This document shows, one piece after another, positions 9,040-19,700 of a stretch of DNA of 64,000 nt. Every line of letters starts with the position of its first letter. Positions within the stretch are counted from its first letter, which is position 1. The position numbers and the translations under genes are program-made. Source of the DNA: a virus; IMG/VR virus record IMGVR_UViG_3300025120_000017, positions 32,001 through 96,000 of that record. One strand, 5' to 3'. The notes under the pieces are model-generated. The model saw only the letters and a list, made by a program, of their open reading frames with translations, had not been told where the DNA came from and searched no databases.

Positions 9040-10686
9040 TTAGAAGCCTAAATCCAAATCTGTATCAGGTTTACTATCTTTTTCGCTATCTTCACCTTCG
9101 TCACCTTCTTTATTATTTGTATTTATTTCTTCATCTTCTTTAGTCTTTAATTGCTCATTAAGGCGGATTTCATCTTCTGTCATTTTTAAATACTTTTTAA
9201 CAAGGTATTCATTAGAGAAGTATCTAACTTCATTACCTTCTTCATCAAAGTCAACTAATGAATCTTTAGCAGATGATATAACATCAATTCTTGCTTTAAA
9301 CATTTCCATTTCTTTAATTTCTTCAAATACATCATATTTAGACCAATCTAAATAAACATCAGCATCAAAGCTTGGGTCATCTTTAAGTTCTATAATATCT
9401 ACTTTAGTTTGTAATATAGTAGGCTTGACTAAAATTTCTTGAAATTGTGCTCGTATTCTACTTAAAAACCGCTCAAAATATATTTCTTCTCTGGTATATC
9501 CTTCAGGTGAAGATTCCCATGTAGGAGATTCATCTTTAATAAATCGGTTTTTAGGTAATTTAGAAACTGATATTAATTTATCTCTAAAGTATTCTAATTG
9601 ACCTGTGTCTGATAAATCAGGACCTTCACCGCCAATGGTTTCAATCTGTGGAGTTCCACTATCACCTTCAGGAACCCAATATTCTTTATTGAACGGTAAC
9701 ATTGGTTTACCATTAACTTCTAATTCACCGCTATCTGTATCAAAATTAATGTTTTCTCTATATGCTTGCATTAAGTTAGATACTGTTTGCTTTGCAATGT
9801 TTTTAGATTTACCTGCTACAGGTATAATAAATTTAGTTTTATATGAAGAATTTACAACAGACCAAATAATTCTTGACTGTTCCATGATTCTTAAAAGATT
9901 AAATGATCTTACAAGCCTTTCAGCATATGAAATTCTACCTTCGCTATTAATTGCAGAATATGATAATAAAATAACCTGGGAATCATTAAGTTCTCTAGCT
10001 TTAATAGGATCATTATCATATTGGATCCAACCTCTTGTACCATCTTTAAACACTTTAGGTGTTAGTGAAATTGGATCAAGTTCTTTAAATCCAATAATAT
10101 TCTTATTAGATCTATCCCAAATAATTTCAAATGATAGGTAACCATCTACTGCATATTTTTTACCATAATGCCATGCAGTATTTTCATTCTTAAAGCCGAA
10201 CATTCTATACATCTTTCTAAAATTAGAAGATAGCGTTTCATTAATTCGTTTTCTTTCTGATTTTTTTATATTAAGATCTTCTTCCCATTTAATATTAGCA
10301 AAGTATTTCTTTGTGTCATACACAATTAGTTCATCTACAAGAATATCTAAAATTTGTTCAATTTCATCTTGTAAACTATATTTTCTTAACTGATCTCTTT
10401 TAGCAGGATATTCCTGGTCAAAAAATGGAATGTTCTTTTTGCTATAAACATCTGCAGCTGCAAAATTATAAAGATCATTTAAGTCAACATTATCTTGGCC
10501 GTATCGAAGAAGTGAATTGTTTTGTTGCCATCCTAATTCATTTTCTAAACTACCAATAGCCTCAGAGTTTAGTATAACAGAATCCTTATAATCAAATCCT
10601 TTCCCTGCAAGATTTCTTAGTGAAGGTGAGTTAAATGTACTCCCTCCAGTTTTTATTGTTTTTAAGCTTTTATATATACTTGCCAT
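9040..10686 (-). CDS. gp20: portal protein (gp20-like)
   Basis: YAVDG, ELDP, ISYAERL, NLLRIMEQS, EYWVP, IETIGG, YFRDKL, TREEIYF. Confidence 0.93.
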   Translation of the reverse strand: MASIYKSLKTIKTGGSTFNSPSLRNLAGKGFDYKDSVILNSEAIGSLENELGWQQNNSLLRYGQDNVDLNDLYNFAAADVYSKKNIPFFDQEYPAKRDQLRKYSLQDEIEQILDILVDELIVYDTKKYFANIKWEEDLNIKKSERKRINETLSSNFRKMYRMFGFKNENTAWHYGKKYAVDGYLSFEIIWDRSNKNIIGFKELDPISLTPKVFKDGTRGWIQYDNDPIKARELNDSQVILLSYSAINSEGRISYAERLVRSFNLLRIMEQSRIIWSVVNSSYKTKFIIPVAGKSKNIAKQTVSNLMQAYRENINFDTDSGELEVNGKPMLPFNKEYWVPEGDSGTPQIETIGGEGPDLSDTGQLEYFRDKLISVSKLPKNRFIKDESPTWESSPEGYTREEIYFERFLSRIRAQFQEILVKPTILQTKVDIIELKDDPSFDADVYLDWSKYDVFEEIKEMEMFKARIDVISSAKDSLVDFDEEGNEVRYFSNEYLVKKYLKMTEDEIRLNEQLKTKEDEEINTNNKEGDEGEDSEKDSKPDTDLDLGF

Positions 10687-10689
10687 CTT

Positions 10690-11301
10690 CTATAGTTTTG
10701 ACGCTTTGTATTTTTTAATCATTTCATCGTAGTCAATACCTTCAAAATTCTCAATAGATAAGAATGCAACATTAATCCAAGTTTCATAACTACAAACATA
10801 TACCCTACTTTTTCTGCTTGGTATATACTTTCTTATTGCAAATGGAAATCCGTATTTTGTTAAAAGTATTTTTAGTACGTTATATTTATATTTAATTCTT
10901 GCTTGTAATAGTGCATTTCCTGCATTTCTCCCAGTAGACTGTGATTTATAGAATTCTCCATATAGTTGAGTAAGCATGTTTAAGATATACCATTTATATG
11001 GATATGGAATAAAATTAAGATTTAATGCTAAATCATAAACATTGCCATTATCTTCTTTAATCGTTCCTAAACTTATAACAATAGGCTTCTTATCATAATA
11101 ATCTAAAATCTTTTTACCTTTAGGATTATATGTAAATATGTGTATCTTTCCAGGTTCTAAATGTCCTTTTTGTTGAGGAGCACGTGCAACAGATAAATTT
11201 TCAAATTTTTTAGCGCTTGTATACCAGCTATATGAATCTGATTTAGCTTTTCGTAAACCTACACGATTTTGGATTTTTTTAATTTCAGTTAAGAGTGTCA
11301 T
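10690..11301 (-). CDS. gp2: DNA end protector-like protein (gp2)
   Basis: PGKIHIFTYNPK..LDYYDKKP..LNLNFIP..AIRKY; adjacent to gp4. Confidence 0.7.
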   Translation of the reverse strand: MTLLTEIKKIQNRVGLRKAKSDSYSWYTSAKKFENLSVARAPQQKGHLEPGKIHIFTYNPKGKKILDYYDKKPIVISLGTIKEDNGNVYDLALNLNFIPYPYKWYILNMLTQLYGEFYKSQSTGRNAGNALLQARIKYKYNVLKILLTKYGFPFAIRKYIPSRKSRVYVCSYETWINVAFLSIENFEGIDYDEMIKKYKASKL

Positions 11302-11768
11302 ACGTTTTTAAACCAAGTCTCATCTGCTATTCTAAACTTCCATCCTTTAGATTCGCAGTATTTTAGTGCAGCTTGAAATTTGCACATATTTTTTGTGTAC
11401 TGTTCTAGATTATATAAATAACTCTTAAGTGATTTTTTTGTTTTTCTCTTTGGTTGAGAAGGTTTTAGAAGATGCTGGCGCGGCTTTACCTCTATTAATA
11501 CACGTTTACCTGTATCTAATACAATTAAAAAGTCTGGATAGTATGTAGCATATCTATTATTGTATGTATCAAAGTACTTAATGCCTACAGGTTCACTAGA
11601 CCAATTAGTTACGTTAGGATTTCTCTCAGCCCATACACAAAATCTATATTCCCATGAGCTTCTATAAATAACAGGACCTTTGCCAAAATATTTTTTAGAT
11701 TCATTTATTGGAAAATACCCTTGTTTGGTTTTGGCGTCTTTTCTAGGTTTTAAATTTTTTATTGACAA
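11298..11768 (-). CDS. gp4: head completion nuclease (gp4, TnsA-like)
   Basis: YRSSWE, WSSEP, YYPDF, LIEVKP, KFQAA..YCESKGWKF. Confidence 0.88.
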   Translation of the reverse strand: MSIKNLKPRKDAKTKQGYFPINESKKYFGKGPVIYRSSWEYRFCVWAERNPNVTNWSSEPVGIKYFDTYNNRYATYYPDFLIVLDTGKRVLIEVKPRQHLLKPSQPKRKTKKSLKSYLYNLEQYTKNMCKFQAALKYCESKGWKFRIADETWFKNV

Positions 11769-11783
11769 CCCATAAAATTATTT

Positions 11784-12614
11784 TTATGTATTAAATAAGT
11801 CAGTCCCATCATCATTATTAAATCCTGCATCTAGTGAAATAAACTTACCCTTATCTTTTTTAGGTCGAAGTTCTTTAAATCCTTTTGCATATCCATTGAT
11901 ACATATTGATGTAAAGTATGAAAATGGATTAGGGTCTTTTACTACTGCATTAGTTTTATAAACCCAACACTCAGAATATTTAATATCATCTTTAGGCAAT
12001 CCAAGTATTTTATACTTTACTCTAACTCTTGTTTTTAAAGGATCAAAAATACCTGTTTGATTATTTGAAAATGTTTTTAGTAATAGTTCAGAAACTGTTG
12101 GCATTTCAGGTGGTAGCCTATATCCAGGTTTTTTAAATAAGTGTGGGTTAGCTTTAATGAAACCTTCTCGTGCTACTGTCCAATCAATATTTAAGTCTGT
12201 AATCTTTAAATAACTAATTTTTTTATCTTTTCGTATTCCTATTTCAACTCCTGAAACTGTTTCACATTTTAAAATTGACTCTCTGTTGCTAGGGTCTTTA
12301 TAAAATTTCATGTCTCTTGATTCACTTGATAATTCTATTTTTCCACCACTTCCTTTATAGTCAATTAATTCAAAGCCAAAAGATCTTACAGAATAAGGAT
12401 TAAATTTTGTCCATCTTTTAATTAAATCAAAGTATGCTTCAGATAAGCAATGCTGTTTATCATCATCGCAAGAGTAATATAATTTTCTTTGTGTTCTTTG
12501 GGCAAGCTTCATTAACATGTCTAATCCTTTACGTGTTAAGCTTTCTTGTTCTATAGACAAATACAGTTCTTCTAAAAGATCTACATTGTTTACATAATTT
12601 CTTGTTCTTGCCAT
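11784..12614 (-). CDS. gp55: late-transcription sigma factor (gp55-like) with ~150-aa insertion
   Basis: NYVNNVDLLEEL, KFNP ... NPFSYFTSIC. Start placed at MARTRN (12614) because the longer ORF start overlaps a terminator. Confidence 0.8.
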   Translation of the reverse strand: MARTRNYVNNVDLLEELYLSIEQESLTRKGLDMLMKLAQRTQRKLYYSCDDDKQHCLSEAYFDLIKRWTKFNPYSVRSFGFELIDYKGSGGKIELSSESRDMKFYKDPSNRESILKCETVSGVEIGIRKDKKISYLKITDLNIDWTVAREGFIKANPHLFKKPGYRLPPEMPTVSELLLKTFSNNQTGIFDPLKTRVRVKYKILGLPKDDIKYSECWVYKTNAVVKDPNPFSYFTSICINGYAKGFKELRPKKDKGKFISLDAGFNNDDGTDLFNT

Positions 12615-12637
12615 TTTTAGAGTATTTGGTATAATTA

Positions 12638-12666
12638 TTAAATCAAATAACTTGGAGAAATGTTTA
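12638..12666 (-). promoter_or_regulatory. putative middle-type promoter TAAACA-N17-ATTTAA upstream of gp55
   Basis: Recurrent motif, directly after a terminator. Confidence 0.55.
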
Positions 12667-12694
12667 AAAAAACGGGCAGCAAATGCCACCCGTC
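12666..12694 (-). terminator. intrinsic terminator
   Basis: Minus strand ACGGGTGGC-ATTT-GCTGCCCGT followed by a T run. Confidence 0.75.
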
Positions 12695-12721
12695 TAATAT
12701 AATTTAAGAATTGTTTTTAAC

Positions 12722-13309
12722 CTATTTTTTATGAGTATATCCTAACTTAGACATTCTCTCATGATCTTCAGGTTTTTCTGCTTTATATGCTTTTCCTGTT
12801 TCAGTATCATACATCATATGGGGTTTAAACTCTTTTTCATTAGTTTCACCTGCAACACAATCATCACAGTCTTCATCATAAGAGCTATGTACATCACATG
12901 ATTCATTAACTACAGATTCAAATATCCATTGAGCAAGTTCCTCACCTTCCATAGATTTCATTACATTAATAATATCCTCAGCTACATAATTAAGCTCATC
13001 CCATATTGCAAATCTACCTAAATCCTCAGTAAAAGTTTCTCCATCAGATACATTAACTGTAAATGTTGTATCAGGTTTACCTTCACTGCCATCTCTACCC
13101 CAATCATGCGCTATCTCTAAAATAAATGAGTTTGCACGTTGTTTGAATTCATATGTAATTGTTCTTGAATACTTATCAACTCTAAATTTAGCTAATTTTA
13201 CTTTATATGGTTTAAGCTGTTTAGCTAATTCCTTGCTAACACCATTCCAAAAACCCTTATCATTATATGATTCTTTTGATTCATTTAAGAACTCTCTATA
13301 TCCTTTCAT
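12722..13309 (-). CDS. putative capsid-targeted internal protein (modular)
   Basis: Starts MKGYREFLNE; internal VVNE and TNE linkers. Confidence 0.7.
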   Translation of the reverse strand: MKGYREFLNESKESYNDKGFWNGVSKELAKQLKPYKVKLAKFRVDKYSRTITYEFKQRANSFILEIAHDWGRDGSEGKPDTTFTVNVSDGETFTEDLGRFAIWDELNYVAEDIINVMKSMEGEELAQWIFESVVNESCDVHSSYDEDCDDCVAGETNEKEFKPHMMYDTETGKAYKAEKPEDHERMSKLGYTHKK

Positions 13310-13327
13310 CTTAGGTTACTTTTTATT

Positions 13328-13903
13328 TTATATGGTTATAGAATTAAGCATTTCTTCTTTTCTAAATACTAAACTTCTTGGATCATCAGAAAGAGCAAAG
13401 GTAGTACTGTACATAGCGCTAAGCTTAGCACCAATATCTTTACCATTTTTATCAGTTACGATATATTCTTTAAATGCATTTGATGCTCTACCAAAGTCTT
13501 TAACAGTATAAACATTAGTGTCTGTGTTAAACTTAGAACCAATCTTTATTTTATTGAAGATTTTAGTTCCAAGCATGCTAATTTTGCTTCCAGATATATC
13601 TGCTTCATTAACATGCTTTGCTTCATCAAGTAATTCTTCTTTATCAGCCAAGAAATCATTCAATGAAATTCTAATTGCATTCAAATCATCTTCTGCTTCA
13701 TCAATTAACCTTTTGTGTTCTGGTACTTTAACATTTCTTGTTTTTGCAAGTACTTCTTCATGACAAGTATCAATTAACCCCCAAATTTCTGAAATTGTAA
13801 TAATATCTTTCTTATCTTTCTTAGAAAAATTCTTAGACTTCTTTATTTGTTTGATAGTTTCTTTGTCGTAATTTTCATTTAAAAAGCTTTTATAACTCTT
13901 CAT
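13328..13903 (-). CDS. putative capsid-targeted internal protein (modular)
   Basis: Starts MKSYKSFLNE; internal EAKHVNE linker. Confidence 0.7.
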   Translation of the reverse strand: MKSYKSFLNENYDKETIKQIKKSKNFSKKDKKDIITISEIWGLIDTCHEEVLAKTRNVKVPEHKRLIDEAEDDLNAIRISLNDFLADKEELLDEAKHVNEADISGSKISMLGTKIFNKIKIGSKFNTDTNVYTVKDFGRASNAFKEYIVTDKNGKDIGAKLSAMYSTTFALSDDPRSLVFRKEEMLNSITI

Positions 13904-13922
13904 CTAAAATGTTTTTTATTTT

Positions 13923-15602
13923 TTATTCATAAGGAACAAAACTAAATGTCTTATCCATCTTATCTGAGTCATTATCCTTTTCTTCATATGAAATTACATC
14001 GCCAACCATTGCAATAGTGTCAACATAAAAGTTATAAACATCAAGACCTATTGTTTTACTTAAAACTTTCTTTGGTTTATTACCTAAGTATATTGCACCA
14101 TCTTCACGAAATTGATAATCATCTGTATCTTTTCTTAATTTCTTAAAAACGCTCTTAACTGTATCAGATAATGCTTTTGGTACTGATGCAACAAATTCAT
14201 CAAATGACTTATCTTCATTAACTTTTCCTAAAGCTTTCTTTAATTCAATGTTAAGTAATTCAAGAACATTAGTAATTCCATCAACTTCTTCATTTGTATA
14301 CTTTGCTTTAGCTTCTAACAAAAACTTAACCTTTTCAGATTTAGCAATAGTACATTTAGAATCTAAAGATTTAAAAGATTTAGAACAATCTGACTTTTCT
14401 CCTTCGTTCATTGAATCATAAAAAGATAACGCTTCATCAAGTTCAGTAAAGATTGCATCAGAATCTTTAACCATTTTTGATAAATTGATGTCTTTAACCT
14501 TTTTAGCAAATTCTACTGCCTTTAAGTTTACTTTAATACTTTCAAGAACTGGGATAATATCTAACTTATAACCTTTAGCAAAAGATTCCACAATAGAATC
14601 AAAATTGTCTCCGGTAATTTCTGTCATTTCATTTGTTCTTTCAAAAGAATTTACAGTATTAAGTAATATTTTGTTATTTGCTAATTTAATGAAAGATGTT
14701 TTAAAACTTTCGTTAGCCATTTTTATACTCTTTACACATTCAATAACAGCATACTCATTAGCGTTATCAAACATAAACTCAAGTACTGATTTAACATCTT
14801 TGTCAAAATAATCAACAACTCTTGTTACATTAAGAGCAGTTAATATAGATTCTTTCCCAAAGAATTCATTTTCACCGATAAAGAATTTGTTTTCGCCTTC
14901 ATCAGTTGCTACTATTTTAATATAGCCATTTTTTGTTTCCATTACAAATTCACCAGCATCTGCATTAAACATAGATAATGCTCTAAGTCCATAATTAAAT
15001 TTACCAGAAACTTTACCTTCAAATTTCTTTAGACTTGTTAGTGATGAGTTGGTTTCGTAATTTATTCCATTTAAGTTAAAAACATAACCACTTTCAGTAA
15101 TCATTACTGGTGATACATGTTCTTTTTCAACAATTGCTTTAACAGAGTTGCTTACCGCAAATTCCACCTTTTCATAATTTTCTAAAAATACTCTTAAAGA
15201 TGGTATAAATTTAAAAGCTTTTAATTTATGTAAGTTTTCTTTAATCTTAGATTCCTTCATAGGAACTAATTCATTAAGAGTGTCAATTGCAGACTGATAA
15301 GTTGCTCTATGATTACTTGAATCTAATGAGTTAAGAATCTGTTCTAATTGTACACCTACTTGATTTTCATTGATAAACTTAGAGTAATCATTGATGAATC
15401 CATCAACTTCTGAAATCCAATTGTATGCATTAAGAGTGTTCATAAAAGAACCGAATAATCCAGGATTAACACCTTTCTTAAATTCATATATACCTTTTGA
15501 GCAAATACTATTAGCTTCAGCATGATCTTTAACAGATTCATTAAGAGTTTCTAATTTTTCAATTAAGTTAAATTTTTCTTTGATATTGATTTTCATTTCC
15601 AA
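13923..15602 (-). CDS. putative prohead core/structural protein
   Basis: 559 aa with several LNE/INE/VNE motifs; TAAATATA motif upstream; in-frame ATG at 15596. Confidence 0.6.
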   Translation of the reverse strand: MEMKINIKEKFNLIEKLETLNESVKDHAEANSICSKGIYEFKKGVNPGLFGSFMNTLNAYNWISEVDGFINDYSKFINENQVGVQLEQILNSLDSSNHRATYQSAIDTLNELVPMKESKIKENLHKLKAFKFIPSLRVFLENYEKVEFAVSNSVKAIVEKEHVSPVMITESGYVFNLNGINYETNSSLTSLKKFEGKVSGKFNYGLRALSMFNADAGEFVMETKNGYIKIVATDEGENKFFIGENEFFGKESILTALNVTRVVDYFDKDVKSVLEFMFDNANEYAVIECVKSIKMANESFKTSFIKLANNKILLNTVNSFERTNEMTEITGDNFDSIVESFAKGYKLDIIPVLESIKVNLKAVEFAKKVKDINLSKMVKDSDAIFTELDEALSFYDSMNEGEKSDCSKSFKSLDSKCTIAKSEKVKFLLEAKAKYTNEEVDGITNVLELLNIELKKALGKVNEDKSFDEFVASVPKALSDTVKSVFKKLRKDTDDYQFREDGAIYLGNKPKKVLSKTIGLDVYNFYVDTIAMVGDVISYEEKDNDSDKMDKTFSFVPYE

Positions 15603-15620
15603 ACCATTTATTTTTTATAT

Positions 15621-16469
15621 TTATTCACTTTCTTTGTTAGGATAAAAGTTGCCCTTATTATTTTCTGTTGGCCACACTGATTTAGTGACTGTATATTTAC
15701 CTCCTGAACTATCTGTTTCATTAGCAGGAGTTTCACGAGTTGCAGGCGATGATGCATTAACTGTGTTTACTTTATATACAATCTTGCTCATAGAAGTACC
15801 TGCAAAAAGTTCAGTATCTTTCTTAAATAATGGATAATCAGCATGCACTTCTATATCAAATGTTACTTTTATTTCTTTCTTATCAGTAAAACTAAATTCC
15901 ATAGTTCTTTCCTTTTCAACACTATCAGGAATAAAAAAATGACAAGGTACTTTAATACCTTGTGTATCTACATAATAGTAAACATTCTTATATAAGTTTT
16001 CCATTGTTGATTGAATACATTTAAAAATATCTATAATAGAGTCAACAAATATAGTTATTGACATATCAACTTTAAGTGGCATATTTTGAAATTCTGCATT
16101 ATATTCAAGAACTTCGCCATCTGATGTATTTTTTAAAAAGTTAGCTCGAGTAAATTTATTTGTTAAGTATTCTTCTTGTATTGAAATATTATTTAATGAT
16201 ACATGAGCTCTTGGGTATTTATTATAAACAGATTCAGCTGCTTGACCATTATCAAGGTTATATTCATTTAAAAATATATCACTTAAAAATCTTTCAGATC
16301 CTGCAATCGTAAAGTAAAAAGGTACATCTACTTTAGTTTTTTCACTATTAATAACATTATGCCAATATATCTTATCTTTAAAAGAATGCAAGGTACCTAC
16401 TAGAATTGATCTTATAAGTACATCATCTTTATTTTGAAAAGTATTATATATGTGTGGAAGGTCGCTCAT
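15621..16469 (-). CDS. gp15: tail sheath stabilizer/terminator (gp15-like)
   Basis: IRSILVG..F, VDVPFYF, ERFL, YPR, MPLKVDMSITI pattern. Confidence 0.7.
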   Translation of the reverse strand: MSDLPHIYNTFQNKDDVLIRSILVGTLHSFKDKIYWHNVINSEKTKVDVPFYFTIAGSERFLSDIFLNEYNLDNGQAAESVYNKYPRAHVSLNNISIQEEYLTNKFTRANFLKNTSDGEVLEYNAEFQNMPLKVDMSITIFVDSIIDIFKCIQSTMENLYKNVYYYVDTQGIKVPCHFFIPDSVEKERTMEFSFTDKKEIKVTFDIEVHADYPLFKKDTELFAGTSMSKIVYKVNTVNASSPATRETPANETDSSGGKYTVTKSVWPTENNKGNFYPNKESE

Positions 16470-16481
16470 ATAATATATTTA

Positions 16482-18185
16482 TTATGTTTTTTCTATTGCC
16501 ATTTCACTAAAGCCACTTTTCTTAACAACTTCTATCTTATAATCAAAAATCTCTGATGGTAATTCAGCATGATTTATCACAAATACATTCATATCAAGCT
16601 CATCAACTATTTTTCTAGTTAATGAAAGCAATTCATAAATACCATGACCATCAATATTTCCAAGAAGCTCATCAAGAAATAATAAATTAATTCCAGGAAA
16701 GTTTCTTTTCATTATTTTAATAATTGATATAAGGACAGCAAAATCAGCTTTTTTATGTTCACCTGTGCTTAATGTCTTTACAGAAATAGTAGAACCCATG
16801 CTTGTAATAACTGAATTAAATTTATCATCTATTTCAATTTTATATGGAAAATGCAATTTTCTAGTAAATTCATTAATTGACTTATTTAATCCAGGTAAAA
16901 CAGATTTAAGGATTTGTTTCTTAACACCATCCTCTGCAAATATTTTAGATATTTCAGAATATAGGAATTCTTCCTTACTTAAATTATCTAAGCTATTCAT
17001 AAGATTGTCTATTTTATCAACAGTATTCTTTAATATGCCATCAAATTCTGAGCTGTCGCTTTCAAGACTTTCTTTTGTCATTTTATATTCATGTGCAAGA
17101 GTTGATAAATTACTCTTAATAGTGCTTAGCTTATTACTTAACTGTGATCGCTTGTCTTGAACCTTTTTACTTGCATCAAGAATAGTAGTTCTCATTGCAT
17201 TTTTAGAATCAACTAATTTATCAAAATCTTCTTTCTTTTTAATTAAGCTAGTCCGTGTCTTAAGCAATTCATTCTTAAGATCTTTATGATAATCAGTTGT
17301 TAAATCACTTGTGCAGGTTGGGCATTTACCTAAATCATATAAATCTATTTGCTTATCAACATTTTTAATCTCTGTTTTATATTTTGATATATCAGAATTA
17401 TAAGTAGATATATCTGATCTTAAATCAGAATCTTTTTGTGTTATTAAATCTTGTTTACCTTTAATAGTTACTAATACATCTTCTATTTTTTTTGACGTTT
17501 CCCGCAAATCTTTAATCCTTGGAATTAAACTATCAAGAGCTTCATTAATCTTTTCTTTATTAAGGCTATTCATGGTTTCTAACTTCTGAGTAATATCTGA
17601 TTTGCTCTCGGTAAGAACTGTGATTTTTCCATTAATGTTTTTAAGCTCGGTGTTATAATCAAGTACTTTCCTATTTAGTCTCTCATAAACCTTATTGAAT
17701 ACAATAAAGCTAAATATCTGGTCAATGATTTTTCTCTTATCAGACGGAGACATATTTAAAAACGACTTAAACTTATCTATTGATATAGTTACAATGTTGT
17801 TATATGTGCTTTGTGGTATTTTATAGTATTCTGTTTCAAGTATCTCCTGTACATTCTTTTTACCTGCAGTATCTTCAGGTTCACCATCTATAGTTACATC
17901 AAATATATTAGGCTTCATACCTCTTTTTAATTCAATAATGCTTCCTCCTGCCTCAAATAAGATTCGACCATAGAGATCTTTTTTATTTGTCCGATTAGGA
18001 AGATCGCCCATGTTCTTACCATCAACTTTACCATATAAAAGATATCCAATAACTTCTCTTATTGTGCTTTTACCAACTCCTGAAACACCGTAAAGTAAAT
18101 AGAAGTTAGGATCTCTTAAATCAACTTTTTGCAATCCATTTCCATATGAATTGAAATTTTTAAATTCTAATTCTAATATTCTCAT
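16482..18185 (-). CDS. gp46: Rad50/SbcC-like recombination ATPase (gp46)
   Basis: FKNFNSYGN, GVSGVGKS, CPTC zinc hook, LSTGE, LLFLDE, VINH. Confidence 0.95.
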   Translation of the reverse strand: MRILELEFKNFNSYGNGLQKVDLRDPNFYLLYGVSGVGKSTIREVIGYLLYGKVDGKNMGDLPNRTNKKDLYGRILFEAGGSIIELKRGMKPNIFDVTIDGEPEDTAGKKNVQEILETEYYKIPQSTYNNIVTISIDKFKSFLNMSPSDKRKIIDQIFSFIVFNKVYERLNRKVLDYNTELKNINGKITVLTESKSDITQKLETMNSLNKEKINEALDSLIPRIKDLRETSKKIEDVLVTIKGKQDLITQKDSDLRSDISTYNSDISKYKTEIKNVDKQIDLYDLGKCPTCTSDLTTDYHKDLKNELLKTRTSLIKKKEDFDKLVDSKNAMRTTILDASKKVQDKRSQLSNKLSTIKSNLSTLAHEYKMTKESLESDSSEFDGILKNTVDKIDNLMNSLDNLSKEEFLYSEISKIFAEDGVKKQILKSVLPGLNKSINEFTRKLHFPYKIEIDDKFNSVITSMGSTISVKTLSTGEHKKADFAVLISIIKIMKRNFPGINLLFLDELLGNIDGHGIYELLSLTRKIVDELDMNVFVINHAELPSEIFDYKIEVVKKSGFSEMAIEKT

Positions 18186-19246
18186 GATACTTCTTTAATT
18201 ATTTCATCAATTATCTTTATTGCTTTTTTCCTATCAGTTTCTTCAGGAAGTCTCTTTTTAATTTCTGTTTGGATTAATTCATCATGATCCATATTTTCAC
18301 TTACCTCAGCTACATCATCATCAATAACCTCATCTTCATATTGTTGAAGTTCTAGGTTCCTAGCAAGATCCTTTATCTTTTCAGCAGATTTCCAGAATTT
18401 TGATGCATTCTTTGCGAGAACTGAGTTAGCAACCTGAATGTCTATAAAATTATTAGGTGCAACTTTGGCTATTTTTTCAAATAGCTCTTTATTGAATTCC
18501 GTGAACCTAAATTTAAGATGTTTAGGAGATATAGTATTTTCATAAAAAGTTTCATTACCTGTCTCAAGATCCAAATAATACATTCCTTTTTTATTATCTG
18601 CATCACCTCTTGTGATTTCAAAAGGACTTCCCATGATATTAATATTCTTAACATCTTGTTGCCAATGTATATGTCCAGAAAATACTCTTTTATATCCTGC
18701 AGTTGATGTTGTTGATCCACCTTCTTTCGCATCAATCTTTACATACTTATTATATTGAGTTCCGCTAAATGTACCATGCATAAATGCGTAATCTGGTTTA
18801 TATTGCTTTTGATATTCTTTAAGCGTTTCACCTTCCTCTTTAACTGTTGCTCTCCAAGGCATTAAAAATAACTTATGCTGTCTTACATTAATACATGCAG
18901 GATTTTTCCATATGTTTACATTAGGAATCCATTTAAGAGAATCAAGACTTGTGATTTCTGTGCTATCTTTTTTATAAATATCATGATTTCCTGCAATGAT
19001 ATGAACTTGTCCTAATTTTGCTAGTCTTTCATAAACCTTTATTCCTATATCAAGTGCTTTTAGATTTGTACTTTGTCTATTATCAAATACATCTCCACAA
19101 TGTATGATAAGATCACCTTCTTTCCAATTCTTTTCAATCGTTGGTATAATAAAGTTAAAATGCGCAGATGAAATAATATCCATCCACTCATTACTATTAC
19201 TTCTTGCGCCTATATGCGTGTCCGTAAAAAGCCAAATTCCTGCCAT
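18182..19246 (-). CDS. gp47: Mre11/SbcD-like nuclease (gp47)
   Basis: DTHIG, GDVFD, GNHD, MH, SGHIH. Confidence 0.95.
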   Translation of the reverse strand: MAGIWLFTDTHIGARSNSNEWMDIISSAHFNFIIPTIEKNWKEGDLIIHCGDVFDNRQSTNLKALDIGIKVYERLAKLGQVHIIAGNHDIYKKDSTEITSLDSLKWIPNVNIWKNPACINVRQHKLFLMPWRATVKEEGETLKEYQKQYKPDYAFMHGTFSGTQYNKYVKIDAKEGGSTTSTAGYKRVFSGHIHWQQDVKNINIMGSPFEITRGDADNKKGMYYLDLETGNETFYENTISPKHLKFRFTEFNKELFEKIAKVAPNNFIDIQVANSVLAKNASKFWKSAEKIKDLARNLELQQYEDEVIDDDVAEVSENMDHDELIQTEIKKRLPEETDRKKAIKIIDEIIKEVS

Positions 19247-19684
19247 TTAAAATAATGCTTTTGATTTATAATGGCCACTATCTGATAATTCAGATAATAG
19301 CATTTCTTTAAATTTTATTGATAATTTTGCGTAAAAATCTTTAGGTTCTATATTAAGATATGACGTTGCAATATCAAATATTTGTACTTGTGTATACTGT
19401 GATTCTAATCTAAGCTTACAGAATCCATAAAATTTATTAGTTTCTTCTATATTTAAAGTAATTCTCTTTTTAATATCAGCAGTAGGTATTTTATCTACAA
19501 TTTTTCTTATTACACTATCATTATTAATATGATTCTCAAGATCTTTAATGCTTTGTAATTTCTCAACATAGTCTTGTTCATAATTAGTATAAACAGGAGA
19601 GTTTGTGTCAATTTCTAATTTAGTATCATGCTTTGTGACATCTGCATCATAATACCGGTTTTCATTATAATATGATTTATCCAC
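19247..19684 (-). CDS. possible late-transcription co-activator (gp33-like)
   Basis: C-terminal half (NIEPKDFYAKLSIKFKEMLLSE) resembles the gp33 helical core; ends KALF. Confidence 0.45.
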   Translation of the reverse strand: MDKSYYNENRYYDADVTKHDTKLEIDTNSPVYTNYEQDYVEKLQSIKDLENHINNDSVIRKIVDKIPTADIKKRITLNIEETNKFYGFCKLRLESQYTQVQIFDIATSYLNIEPKDFYAKLSIKFKEMLLSELSDSGHYKSKALF

Positions 19685-19700
19685 GTTTTTTTATTTTTTT

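Noticed and set aside
11298-11768. Tn7 TnsA transposase
   Set aside because: Context next to gp2 and portal identifies gp4; no tnsB/C or transposon ends.
11934-12395. Intein or intron in gp55
   Set aside because: No Cys/Ser start paired with an HN-[CST] end and no homing-endonuclease motif; the frame is open. Kept as a domain insertion.
12615-12689. N-terminal extensions in the ORF track (gp55; also starts at 32780, 42753, 45014)
   Set aside because: They overlap terminators, promoter motifs or upstream genes; downstream ATGs give family-typical N-termini.
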